A stretch of DNA of 64,000 nucleotides from Spirochaetia bacterium (lineage in GTDB: Bacteria > Spirochaetota > Spirochaetia > SZUA-6 > Bin103), in assembly GCA_965203905.1 (NCBI GenBank), contig CBDBDQ010000005.1, forward strand, positions 4,512,001 to 4,576,000, in the 5' to 3' direction. Shown here piece after piece: positions 1-8,918 of this stretch. Positions within the stretch are counted from its first letter, which is position 1. Each line of letters begins with the position of its first letter. The translations under genes and the position numbers were made by a program. The notes under the pieces were generated by a model. That model was not told the DNA's origin. It saw nothing but the letters and a program-made list of their open reading frames with translations, and ran no database searches.

Positions 1-1548
1 CGGGAGCGCCGAGAACAGGGTGAGCACGACGAAGTCGCGCTGTACCAGGAGGCGGCGCCAACTGCGGTTCGTGCGTCTCCTGCCGCGGAAGCCCGCGAGG
101 GCGCCACGGCCGGTTTCCGGATCGACGGTCACCAGTGCGGCTCCGGCGGAGAACAGCGCCAGCCCGGCCGCCACCAGCAGGGTCTGCTGGTAGCCCAGGC
201 GGTCGGCCAGAATCCCACCGATCGCGGGACCGCACACGAAGGCGGCGAATACCGCCCCCAGGAAGCCGGACATCCCCACCGCGCGGTTTGACTGCACGGT
301 GTGGTGCGCGACGTAGGCCTGCGCCGAGATGAAGATCAACCCGTATCCGAGCCCGGCCAGCGTCCACCAGACCAGCACCTCCGCGATGCTGCCGGACAGC
401 GCCGCCCCCACGTGCCCGGCGACCGACGGGACGATGCCCATGACGAACATCGCCCGCGGAGCGACGCGATCGGTGAGCGCGCCGCCGATCGGAATCGCAA
501 TGAGCACCATCACCATGAACGTGGTGATCGGGAGGCCGATGGTGAGCTCCTGGCTCAGCATCCCGAGCGGCGTGTAGAGCTGGTCGAAGAACAGCGGCAG
601 GAACGGCCGCGACAATTCCTGCGCCAGCATGAACAGGAACAGCGGGATGCGTACGTCCATCGGGGAACGGGGAACGATAGTCTCCTCCGAGCCGGGCAGG
701 GTAAAGCGGAAGCGCCTGCCCAGCGCCGTGACCACGTCGCGGATGCGCTGCTGAACGGTGCGGTCGAGCTGCACCGCGCGCGCATCCTCCGCCTCTTCGG
801 TCAACATCGCGAATGCGCTGTTCACGCGGTGCACGGCGTCGTTGTAGGCCTCGGCGAAAGCCCCGATCTCGTCCTTGTTGCGCAGCCCGATGCGGCGCAG
901 GAAATCGCCCTTCGCGCTGAGGATTATGAGCCGGTCCGCGAGTTGAATGGGGCCGGACACCCGCACCACGACGAAGGCCACCAGCAGTTCGATGCCGACC
1001 AGCAGGGTGGCCAGGAACACCGTGCCGATGTCCAGCCGCAACTCGCCGAGCTCGGACCGGATCGCGCCCTCGTGCACGCCTACCCGGAGGAACGCGACGA
1101 GCTCGTCCCGCACGGTGATCGGGAGCATCAGTGACTGGTCTTCGCCCGGCACCGGGGCCGCCGCGGGGTCCGTGGAGTACAGGACTCGGTCGTTGGTGTC
1201 CAGGACGCCGAGGTAGGTGAAATCCGGGTTGCGCTCCAGCACGCCGCCCAGAAATACGTCCATGTCGACCAGCGAGTCCAGCGGAATCCCCAGCGACAGC
1301 GCGTAGGCGATCTGGCTGGCGGCAAGCTCCCCGGCGACCTCGGCCTTGCGATGGATGTCGGGCAGCAACGACTCCTCGAAGGTGGTGGCCAGGAGAAAGG
1401 AGACGACCCCCTGCGAGAGCAGGAGCAGCACCGCCGTCAACGCGGCGAGGCGCAGCACCACGCCGCGAAAGATGCTCTGCTCCGACCGCTCGGGTGGCGG
1501 CGATGGGTTGCCGGAGCGCGCCTGCCCCCCGCTCGCGACCGAGCTCAT
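1..1548 (-). CDS. MFS transporter fused to an N-terminal TM-periplasmic sensor-TM-HAMP module (runs off window start, 3' partial)
   Basis: Not in the ORF track; translated manually from ATG 1548, which overlaps the upstream stop as ATGA. TM (LAALTAVLLLLSQGVVSFLL), extracytoplasmic domain, TM, HAMP-like 'GDFLRRIGLRNKDEIGAFAEAYN', then MFS helices (LFLFMLAQELSRPFLPLF; GGALTDRVAPR; GPAIGGILADRLGY). Open to position 1. Confidence 0.8.
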   Translation of the reverse strand, partial: MSSVASGGQARSGNPSPPPERSEQSIFRGVVLRLAALTAVLLLLSQGVVSFLLATTFEESLLPDIHRKAEVAGELAASQIAYALSLGIPLDSLVDMDVFLGGVLERNPDFTYLGVLDTNDRVLYSTDPAAAPVPGEDQSLMLPITVRDELVAFLRVGVHEGAIRSELGELRLDIGTVFLATLLVGIELLVAFVVVRVSGPIQLADRLIILSAKGDFLRRIGLRNKDEIGAFAEAYNDAVHRVNSAFAMLTEEAEDARAVQLDRTVQQRIRDVVTALGRRFRFTLPGSEETIVPRSPMDVRIPLFLFMLAQELSRPFLPLFFDQLYTPLGMLSQELTIGLPITTFMVMVLIAIPIGGALTDRVAPRAMFVMGIVPSVAGHVGAALSGSIAEVLVWWTLAGLGYGLIFISAQAYVAHHTVQSNRAVGMSGFLGAVFAAFVCGPAIGGILADRLGYQQTLLVAAGLALFSAGAALVTVDPETGRGALAGFRGRRRTNRSWRRLLVQRDFVVLTLFSALP

Positions 1549-2333
1549 CGATCGCTCCTCGACCCAACCTGCGGCGTTTGGGGATCGGCCTCGATGCGGC
1601 GAATCTCCTCGGTGGCTTCGGCAACCGCCTGCCGCGCTGCCGCCGCGGTCCTGGCAAAATCCGCGGAGGACTGGTCGGGCTGCATGGTCAGGTCCTCCGG
1701 CTCCTGCTCGATCGCCGCCTTCATGTTCTGCAGGCGGCGCCGCAGCTTGCGGGTGAAGAGCACGGCGAGCACCGTGCCGGCCGCGGCGAAACCCAGCAGC
1801 ACGGCGGCGCAGATTCCGGTGATCCGCAGCGCCATGGTGCGCACGGCGCTGTCGAAGTCGGTGCGCGAGTAGCGCAGGGCAAGGGAGCCGACGGCGCGCC
1901 CGATGCTGTCGTGCACCCGCACCCCCACGACGTGGGCGTCATGCTCGACCCGGGCCCACACCGGCTCGGGTGCAGCGTTCCAGGCGGCGGCCCACTCCTT
2001 GGCCACCAGGTCGCCGCGGAGACTCTCGTCGGAGCTGTACAGCACCGTACCCCGCTCGTCGAACATCTCGATCGACAACACGCCGGAGTGACGCGTGGTG
2101 GCTGCCTGCAACGCCTGGTTGACGCCCGGCAGGGCATCCACGGCCAGCCCGAGGGAAAGCGAGGACTCGACCGTGTGGGCGATGTCCTGCAGCACCAGGG
2201 CATGGCGGTCGCGCAACAGGTCGGACAGGAACTTCCGGTACTTGTAGTGATTCATGAGTCCGGTCAGCGAAATCGCCAACGTGAGAATCAGAAAGATGTT
2301 TACCGCAACGCGAGTAGGAAGATTGAGGTGCAT
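1545..2333 (-). CDS. Two-TM membrane protein with periplasmic sensor-like domain and no output domain
   Basis: 262 aa ORF with SD GGAGGG. TM-extracytoplasmic-TM topology. The periplasmic part (SLSLGLAVDAL...VLYS) resembles that of the downstream MFS fusion (ALSLGIPLDSL...VLYS). Confidence 0.7.
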   Translation of the reverse strand: MHLNLPTRVAVNIFLILTLAISLTGLMNHYKYRKFLSDLLRDRHALVLQDIAHTVESSLSLGLAVDALPGVNQALQAATTRHSGVLSIEMFDERGTVLYSSDESLRGDLVAKEWAAAWNAAPEPVWARVEHDAHVVGVRVHDSIGRAVGSLALRYSRTDFDSAVRTMALRITGICAAVLLGFAAAGTVLAVLFTRKLRRRLQNMKAAIEQEPEDLTMQPDQSSADFARTAAAARQAVAEATEEIRRIEADPQTPQVGSRSDR

Positions 2334-2363
2334 GTTCCCTCCATCCGGTCGCCTGTCCTGGCG

Positions 2364-3749
2364 TCAGTCTTCTTCGTCGTCCTCTTCCGGCATCAGCACG
2401 AACTCGGGGTAGGCCTCGATCTTCAGCTCGCTGGCGTCCTGTCCGAGGCGCTCGTGGCTCTTCGACACGCGCACGGTCAACAGCACGTCCAGCAGGCGCC
2501 ACAGCAGCCAGGTGACGATGAACACGAACGCGCCGACCGCCAGCACGCCGACGAGCTGCACGCCGAAGTTGCCGCCGGCGGCGATGCACACCGCCAGCGT
2601 GCCCCAGATGCCTGCGATCAGGTGCGCGGGCACCGCTCCCACCACATCGTCGATCTTGAGCGTCTCCAGCAGCTTGATCCCCGCGGTACACAGCACGCCG
2701 CCGACTGCGCCGATGATCACCGCCCACAGATGCTGGGTGATGTCGGGGCCGGCGGTGATCGACACCAGCCCGGCTATGGCACCGTTCAGCGCCGCGAACA
2801 TGTCGGTGCGACCGAGGATGAAGCGGGAACACGCGAGCGCGGTTATGACCCCCGCGGCGGCGCCCAGGTTGGTGTTGACCAGCACGTTGCTCATCGCCAC
2901 CGCATCCAGGGCGGAGCCCAGTTGCAACTGCGAGCCGCCATTGAACCCGAACCAGCCGAACCACAGGATGAACACGCCGAGGGTCACCAGCACCACGTTG
3001 GAGGGAGCCGACGCCCGGACCGTGCCGTCGCGCCTGAACTTGCCCAGGCGGGGGCCGACGACGAGCACGCCGGCCAGCGCCGCCCAGCCTCCGGTGCCAT
3101 GCACGATGGTGGAACCGGCGAAGTCCTGGAAGCCCATGCTGGCGAGCCAGCCCCCGCCCCAGGTCCAGGCCCCGACCACCGGGTAGACGATGGCGGTCAG
3201 GAGAAAGGTGAAGAGGAAGAACGGCCACATCTTGACGCGCTCGGCCAGCGCTCCGGACACGATCGAGGCGGCCGTCGCCACGAACACCATCTGGAAGAAC
3301 CAGTCCGACATGACCGAGTAGCCGCTGCCGATCACCGCGGCGGCCGCAGCGGCATCTCCGCCGATCAGGGCGAGCTCGTCGGCCGACGGCCCGTAGAGCA
3401 GCTTAAACCTGCCGATCACGCTGCCCACGTCGACGTACATCAGGTTGTACCCCAGCAGGTAGTAGGCCAGTCCGGCGATGGAGTACAGGCCGATGTTCTT
3501 CAGGCAGATGACGGAGGCGTTCTTGGTGCGCACCGAGCCCGCTTCGAGCATCGTGAAGCCGGCGGCCATCCACATCACCAGCGCGCCCCAGATCATGAAC
3601 GAGAACGTGTTGAAGACGAACAGCGACTCCTCGTCCACCGCCGCGTAGGCCAGACTGGCGCCACCGAGTAACAGGCCGAGGACCAGCAGCGGTTTCCGTA
3701 CCGAAACCGTCTGCAAATCCGTCAGCGAGCGTCGCATACGTCGAAGCAT
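2364..3749 (-). CDS. amtB: Ammonium transporter (Amt family)
   Basis: Motifs FFQMVF, ALAER, DFAGSTIVH, WFGWFGFNGGS and DDVVGAVPAH, with the twin His intact. Start chosen at ATG 3749 after GAGGA. Confidence 0.95.
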   Translation of the reverse strand: MLRRMRRSLTDLQTVSVRKPLLVLGLLLGGASLAYAAVDEESLFVFNTFSFMIWGALVMWMAAGFTMLEAGSVRTKNASVICLKNIGLYSIAGLAYYLLGYNLMYVDVGSVIGRFKLLYGPSADELALIGGDAAAAAAVIGSGYSVMSDWFFQMVFVATAASIVSGALAERVKMWPFFLFTFLLTAIVYPVVGAWTWGGGWLASMGFQDFAGSTIVHGTGGWAALAGVLVVGPRLGKFRRDGTVRASAPSNVVLVTLGVFILWFGWFGFNGGSQLQLGSALDAVAMSNVLVNTNLGAAAGVITALACSRFILGRTDMFAALNGAIAGLVSITAGPDITQHLWAVIIGAVGGVLCTAGIKLLETLKIDDVVGAVPAHLIAGIWGTLAVCIAAGGNFGVQLVGVLAVGAFVFIVTWLLWRLLDVLLTVRVSKSHERLGQDASELKIEAYPEFVLMPEEDDEED

Positions 3750-3840
3750 GTACTTATCCTCGTTTCGATTGGTTTTGGCCTCCGGGCCGTGCCGGCGAGC
3801 CGCCCGCGCACGGTGTCGTATCAAGCCGCCGATCCGCCAC

Positions 3841-3878
3841 ACAGTATCATCTGTATCATCGGACCATTTGTATCATAA
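3841..3878 (-). promoter_or_regulatory. Probable amt promoter region with three ATGATAC direct repeats
   Basis: GTATCAT at 3844, 3853 and 3870 in an AT-rich patch. The minus strand contains TATGAT and TGaTACTGT -10-like hexamers. Confidence 0.35.
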
Positions 3879-3947
3879 AACAGATCGACGAGTGCATCTA
3901 CCCGTTGCACCCGTTGGGGCAGCGCGAACGTCGTCGAGGCGGTACGC

Positions 3948-5249
3948 TCAGCACTCGGCGCCGATCTCGGTCACGCCCGTGAAGGGATGCAGCACCTCCG
4001 GTATGGCCACCGAACCGTCCGCGCGCTGGCAGGTCTCCAGGATCGCCGGCAGCAGGCGGCTGGTGGCCAGCCCGGAAGCGTTGAGCGTGTGCACCAGCGA
4101 GGTGCCGCCCGGGCCGCGCACCCGGGTCCGGCCGCGGCGCGCCTGGTAGTCGCGGGTGTTGGAGGCCGAACTCACCTCCTCGTAGCTCTGCATGCTCGGG
4201 ATCCACACCTCGACGTCATAGGTCTTGGCGGCCGCAGCACTGCAATCTCCGGCGGCGAGCTGTGATACCCGGTAGTGCAGGCCCAGATCGCGCACCAGCG
4301 ACTCGGCCTGCTCCAGCATGTCGTCCAGGGCGGCATCCGACTGCTCCGGCGCCACGAACTGGAACAGCTCCACCTTGTGGAACTGGTGGCCGCGAATGGT
4401 GCCGCGGTCGTGGGTACGGTAGCTGCCCGCCTCGCGCCGATAGCAGGGAGTGAAGGCGCAATACTTGCGCGGCAGGGTGGCGGCGTCGAGGATCTCGTCG
4501 CGGTGCACGGCGGCCAGCGCGGTCTCCGCGGTGGGAATCAGCACCTGGCCACCGCGGCCGTCGACCGCGGCCTCGCCGGTGCCGTCGCCGTCGGCGAGCC
4601 GGTATACGTCGTGGCCGAACTTGGGAAACTGACCCGAGACGTAGCCGCAGTCCCAACTCACGATGTGCGGCAGCAGCATCAGTTCGTAACCGGCATTCAC
4701 GTTGCGCGAAATGCAGTAGTTCACCAGCGCGAGTTCCAGCAAGGCGCCGGTTCCATGGTAGACCCAGAAGCCGTTGCCGGCGATCTTCACGCCGCGTTCG
4801 AAGTCGATCAATCCAAGATCGGTGGCCAGGTTGATGTGGTCGCGGGGGACGAAGTCGAAGCGCGCCTGCTGGCCCCAGTCGCGCAGCACGGTGTTGCTCT
4901 CCTTGCCGCCTCCGGCGACGTCGCCGTCCGGCAGGTTGGGGAGCTGTTCCAGAAACTCCTGGAGTTGCCCCTCCACCTCCGTCCGCCGGCCGTCCAGCTG
5001 CTTGATGCGCTGCCCCACTTCCCGCATCTCTGCGATCAGTGCCTGCACCGGCTCGCCGCGCTGTTTGAAGCGCGGGATCTGGCCCGAGACCTCGTTGCGG
5101 CGGGCGCGCAGTGCGTCTGCCTCGACGATGAGACCACGGCGCCGCTCGTCCCACTCCAGTAATTCGGCGAAGTCTGCCTGTACGCCCCGCTTGGCCAGTG
5201 CCGCGGTGACGCCGGCGGGGTCGGAACGGATCCGGTTGAGATCGATCAT
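3948..5249 (-). CDS. serS: Serine--tRNA ligase
   Basis: N-terminal coiled-coil arm (MIDLNRIR), LIPTAE, motif 2 CYRREAG...RGHQFHKVE, motif 3 HTLNASGLATSR. Confidence 0.97.
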   Translation of the reverse strand: MIDLNRIRSDPAGVTAALAKRGVQADFAELLEWDERRRGLIVEADALRARRNEVSGQIPRFKQRGEPVQALIAEMREVGQRIKQLDGRRTEVEGQLQEFLEQLPNLPDGDVAGGGKESNTVLRDWGQQARFDFVPRDHINLATDLGLIDFERGVKIAGNGFWVYHGTGALLELALVNYCISRNVNAGYELMLLPHIVSWDCGYVSGQFPKFGHDVYRLADGDGTGEAAVDGRGGQVLIPTAETALAAVHRDEILDAATLPRKYCAFTPCYRREAGSYRTHDRGTIRGHQFHKVELFQFVAPEQSDAALDDMLEQAESLVRDLGLHYRVSQLAAGDCSAAAAKTYDVEVWIPSMQSYEEVSSASNTRDYQARRGRTRVRGPGGTSLVHTLNASGLATSRLLPAILETCQRADGSVAIPEVLHPFTGVTEIGAEC

Positions 5250-5309
5250 GGACGTTGCGACCGTACCATGCGGAGACCGTGCCAAGCCACTACCATCGCT
5301 TGGCCGGAT

Positions 5310-6035
5310 CTAGGCCGGACGGCTCGGATTACGCTCCAGCTCGGCATGCACGGCAGCGAGGCGCCGGCGCCATGCCGGCGGCAAGTGCACGGCGCCGGTG
5401 AGCCGCACCTCGTCCACCAGTCCGCGCAGCAGCTTGCGGCGCTCGGCCGCCGAGGCCACCCGCCGCCTGGCTAGTGACCGTACCTGCGCCAGAGCATCGA
5501 GAAACTGTTCCAGCTCGGAGACGGGCGGGTCGGGGTGCCCGCCGCCGGCCGGATCCCCGACCGGCGAGGCGGCCTCCGCCAGCAGGATCGCCTCCAGGTC
5601 GCGGCGCAGGCGGCTGGCCAGGGCGGGGGCGGCATTGCTGGTGCTGATGCTGATCCGAAGGTGGCCGCAGGTGACCAGTGCGGCCATCGCCACGGTGGAG
5701 TACCGCGGCAGGTCGAAGGTATTGATCGGGATCCGCCTCCGGAGTGCCTGGGCGTAGACGCGGCGGCACAGCGCGGCATCGGAACGCACCGTGTTCAGCA
5801 CCAGGTGAGCGCTGCGCAGGTCGCTGCGCCGGTAGCGGCGGGCACGGTGGTCGATGCGCCCGGCGGCGGCCCAGTCCTGCAGCTCCCGGTTCAACTCGGG
5901 TGCTACCAGCAGCACCTCGGCGCGCGCCTGCAGCAGCCGTCCGGTCTTGTCGTGGGCCTCCGCTCCGCCGCCGATCACCAGGCAGCGGCGGCCGGCCAGG
6001 TCCAGGCCGAGCTGAAAGTGGGGGTTGAATTCCAC
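5310..6035 (-). CDS. Precorrin-2 dehydrogenase / sirohydrochlorin ferrochelatase family protein (SirC/Met8/CysG-N)
   Basis: LDLAGRRCLVIGGG Rossmann start and LRISISTSNAAPALASRLRRDLE. GTG start after GAGGA. Confidence 0.85.
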   Translation of the reverse strand: MEFNPHFQLGLDLAGRRCLVIGGGAEAHDKTGRLLQARAEVLLVAPELNRELQDWAAAGRIDHRARRYRRSDLRSAHLVLNTVRSDAALCRRVYAQALRRRIPINTFDLPRYSTVAMAALVTCGHLRISISTSNAAPALASRLRRDLEAILLAEAASPVGDPAGGGHPDPPVSELEQFLDALAQVRSLARRRVASAAERRKLLRGLVDEVRLTGAVHLPPAWRRRLAAVHAELERNPSRPA

Positions 6036-6102
6036 GTCCTCACGCGTACTAATTGCAGCCAACGCCGCCATGATAGTGTGGCGTCCACGATAAGGACAGA
6101 CG

Positions 6103-7251
6103 ATGCCCGACACCGTACCCTACCAGTCGCTCAAGTCGGCCGCCGAGTGCCGCTACGATCTGCTCGCCCTGGGCGAGGTGATGCTGCGCTTCGATCCCCG
6201 CGACGTCCCCACCGCACGCATGCGCGACAACATCCGCGTGTCCCAGGGCGGCGGCGAGACCAACGTCGCGTGCGGCGCCGCCTACACCTTCGGCCTGCGT
6301 GCCGGCGTGCTCACCGCGCTGGTGGATGACGCCGTCGGCGAGAACATCCGTAATCAGCTCCGCGAGGCCGGGGTGGACGTCAGCAACATCCTGTGGTGGA
6401 ACACCGACGACGACGGCGGCGCCTATTCCACCGACCAGAAGGGCACGCTGCACAACGGCATCAGCGTCACCACCGTCGGCCGCGGCGTGCTGCCGTCGGA
6501 GACCCTGTACTACCGCGCCAACACGCCGGCGGCGCGCATGCGTCCCGGCGACTTCGACCTGCAACGGCTGTTTGCGGAGGAGGGTACCAGGGTCTTCAGC
6601 ACCGGCGGGATCCTCACCCTGATCGGCAGCGAGACCGCTGAGCTGGCGATCGACGCGGCGCGCGCCGCCCAGGCCCACGGCAGCTTCGTGGCGGCCGACC
6701 TCAACTACCGCTCCAAGGTGGAGCCGAACAAGGAGCGGGCGCGCGCCATCAACCGCCGCCTTGCGCCCTACCTCAGCATGCTGGTGGGCAACGACTCCGA
6801 CCTCTACGACGCCTTCGGCTACGATACCGCCGAACCGGCCTCGGACTCCTTCGACGACTGGCTGCAGGTGTACCGGGAGACCATCGTGCAGGTGGCGCGC
6901 GACTTCCCCAACCTGAGCCTGGTCGGCACCCAGTGGCGTGGCGCCCACGACGCGGACGAGATCAGTTGGGGGGCGGTGCTCTACGACTGCGCAGCCGACA
7001 CCTGGTACCGCGCCCCGCTGCGCGAGCACGTGCACATCACCGACCGCACCGGCGGCGGCGATTCGTTCGCCTGCGGCGTCCTGGCGGCGCTGCTGCAGGG
7101 CGAGTCGTTGCAGACGGCGGTGGAGTGGGGGGCCGCCCACGGCATCCTGGTGCAGGAGACGCCCGGCGACATCACCATGGTCAACCGACGCGCGGTGGAG
7201 GCGGAGGTGAAGCGCGCCGCGGCCGGGGGCGGGGTCAAGGCCGCGCGCTGA
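6103..7251 (+). CDS. kdgK: PfkB-family sugar kinase, 2-keto-3-deoxygluconate kinase-like
   Basis: GEVMLR, GGGETNVA, DLNYR and the PfkB signature DRTGGGDSF. Confidence 0.75.
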   Translation: MPDTVPYQSLKSAAECRYDLLALGEVMLRFDPRDVPTARMRDNIRVSQGGGETNVACGAAYTFGLRAGVLTALVDDAVGENIRNQLREAGVDVSNILWWNTDDDGGAYSTDQKGTLHNGISVTTVGRGVLPSETLYYRANTPAARMRPGDFDLQRLFAEEGTRVFSTGGILTLIGSETAELAIDAARAAQAHGSFVAADLNYRSKVEPNKERARAINRRLAPYLSMLVGNDSDLYDAFGYDTAEPASDSFDDWLQVYRETIVQVARDFPNLSLVGTQWRGAHDADEISWGAVLYDCAADTWYRAPLREHVHITDRTGGGDSFACGVLAALLQGESLQTAVEWGAAHGILVQETPGDITMVNRRAVEAEVKRAAAGGGVKAAR

Positions 7252-7280
7252 GCCGGCCGTACCCGAGGCGGAGTTCACGC

Positions 7281-8285
7281 ATGCGCTACCGGAAGCTGGG
7301 CCGGACCGGCCTGGAGGTGAGCGAGCTCGGCATGGGCGGTGCCTGGATCACCGAACGCGCCGCGGCACGCGCCGACGGCATCGCCGCGGTGCGCCGCGCC
7401 CTGCAGCTCGGCATCAACTACGTCGACACCGCGCCCTCGTACGCCGACAGCGAGGAGGTGCTCGGCCAGGCCCTGGACGGAGTGGTCAAGCCGTTCATCC
7501 TGTCCACCAAGCTGGGCGGCCGCCCGCGGCCCTTCGATGCCCGCGACAAGGATGGCCTGCGGCGCTCGGTCGACACCAGCCTGCGGCTGCTGAAGCTGGA
7601 CCACATCGACATCCTGATGATCCATGAGCCGGACCGCCCCGGCCAGTACGACTGGTTCACCGACTGGGAGCGGTTCCACGGTCCCGTGATCGAGCTGCTG
7701 GACGAGCTCAAGCAGGCCGGCGTGATCCGCTTTACCGGGATCGGCGGCACCACCGCGTACACCATGGCCCACCTCATAGCCACCGGCGAGTTCGACGTGG
7801 TGCTGACCGCCTTCAACTACAGCCTGCTGTGGCAGGAAGCGCTGATCGCGGTCCTGCCGGAGGCGATGCGGCAGCAGATGGGCATCGTGGTGGGATCGCC
7901 GCTGCAGCAGGGCGCGCTGTCGCACGTGTACCGCGAGGAGGTGGAGCACGGCGCCCGCTGGCTCTCGCCACCGCGCCGCGAGCAGTACCGTGCGCTCTAC
8001 GCACTGGTCGACGAGCTGGACATGGGACTTCCGGAGCTGGCCCTGCGGTTCGTGCTGTCCAATCCCGACATCTCCTGCACGCTGACCGGCGCCCGTTCGG
8101 TCGCCGAGGTGGAGGCGAACGTGGCGGCAGCCGAACGGGGACCGCTGCCGGAGGAGGTGCTCGCCAGGATCGGGGAGGTCGCCGCCATGGTGCCGTTCCG
8201 GCCGTTCGAGGAGCCGTTCGTGATGCCGTTCGGCCGGCCCCACCGGGGCCCGGGCCATGCCAACCGGATGCGCGCGCCGTGCTGA
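7281..8285 (+). CDS. Aldo/keto reductase
   Basis: MRYRKLGRTGLEVSELGMG, GINYVDTAPSY, STK and DILMIHEP; true start lies inside ORF 6933..8285. Confidence 0.92.
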   Translation: MRYRKLGRTGLEVSELGMGGAWITERAAARADGIAAVRRALQLGINYVDTAPSYADSEEVLGQALDGVVKPFILSTKLGGRPRPFDARDKDGLRRSVDTSLRLLKLDHIDILMIHEPDRPGQYDWFTDWERFHGPVIELLDELKQAGVIRFTGIGGTTAYTMAHLIATGEFDVVLTAFNYSLLWQEALIAVLPEAMRQQMGIVVGSPLQQGALSHVYREEVEHGARWLSPPRREQYRALYALVDELDMGLPELALRFVLSNPDISCTLTGARSVAEVEANVAAAERGPLPEEVLARIGEVAAMVPFRPFEEPFVMPFGRPHRGPGHANRMRAPC

Positions 8286-8529
8286 CCACGCTGCGTGATT
8301 GACAACCGCGAGACCGCACTGCAAGCTATGATGCGGTACCGGGTGGGCCAGGCAAGGCTGCCGGCGGGACGCCGGTGCGGCCGTCCCGTCGTTGCGCGAA
8401 CGGCGTAGCAGAACAGTCGACTTGGTGCTATCTTTACGATGCATTCCATCATTTCGTGGTGGGGCAACCGGGCGGGGTTCATGGCCGGTGCCTATGCCGC
8501 TTCATCAGGTGGGGCAGGAGACAGTTTGA

Positions 8530-8868
8530 GTGGAAATCAGTAACGAACGCGATGGCGGCACACTGATCGTGCATGCCGCTGGGCGGGTAGATGGCAGCAA
8601 CTCGCAGGAGTTCCAGGATGGTCTGGAGGCGGTGATCGATGACGCCGACCGTGCCGTGGTCCTGGATCTGGAGCAGCTTTCCTACATCAGCAGTTCGGGA
8701 CTCAGGGTAATGCTGCTGATCGCCAGGAAACTGCAACGGCAGCAGGCCAAGTTCGCGCTGTGCTCGCTTTCGGACTCGATCCGAGAGGTGTTCGAGATCA
8801 GCGGTTTCGACCGGATCATCCCGGTGCACGCCTCCCGGTCCGAGGCGGTCTCCGCGGTGGCGGGCTGA
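8530..8868 (+). CDS. STAS-domain anti-sigma factor antagonist (RsbV/SpoIIAA-like)
   Basis: GRVD...VVLDLEQLSYISSSGLRVML (phosphoacceptor Ser) and EVFEISGF. Confidence 0.93.
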   Translation: MEISNERDGGTLIVHAAGRVDGSNSQEFQDGLEAVIDDADRAVVLDLEQLSYISSSGLRVMLLIARKLQRQQAKFALCSLSDSIREVFEISGFDRIIPVHASRSEAVSAVAG

Positions 8869-8918
8869 TCGCGCAGGCATTCGCGTCGCGTAGCGCAGCG
8901 AGCCCGGGGCACTAGAGG

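Noticed and set aside
1494-3671. Long antisense and alternate-frame ORFs (for example 1494..3671, 8682..10019, 15454..17226, 21161..23194, 44219..45751)
   Set aside because: Shadow ORFs of real genes in high-GC DNA; Arg/Pro/Ala-rich with no motifs.
8299-8332. Sigma70 promoters at TTGACA 8299 and TTGACA 34881
   Set aside because: Perfect -35 boxes, but the best -10 hexamers lie at non-canonical spacing (22 and 15 bp); not supportable.
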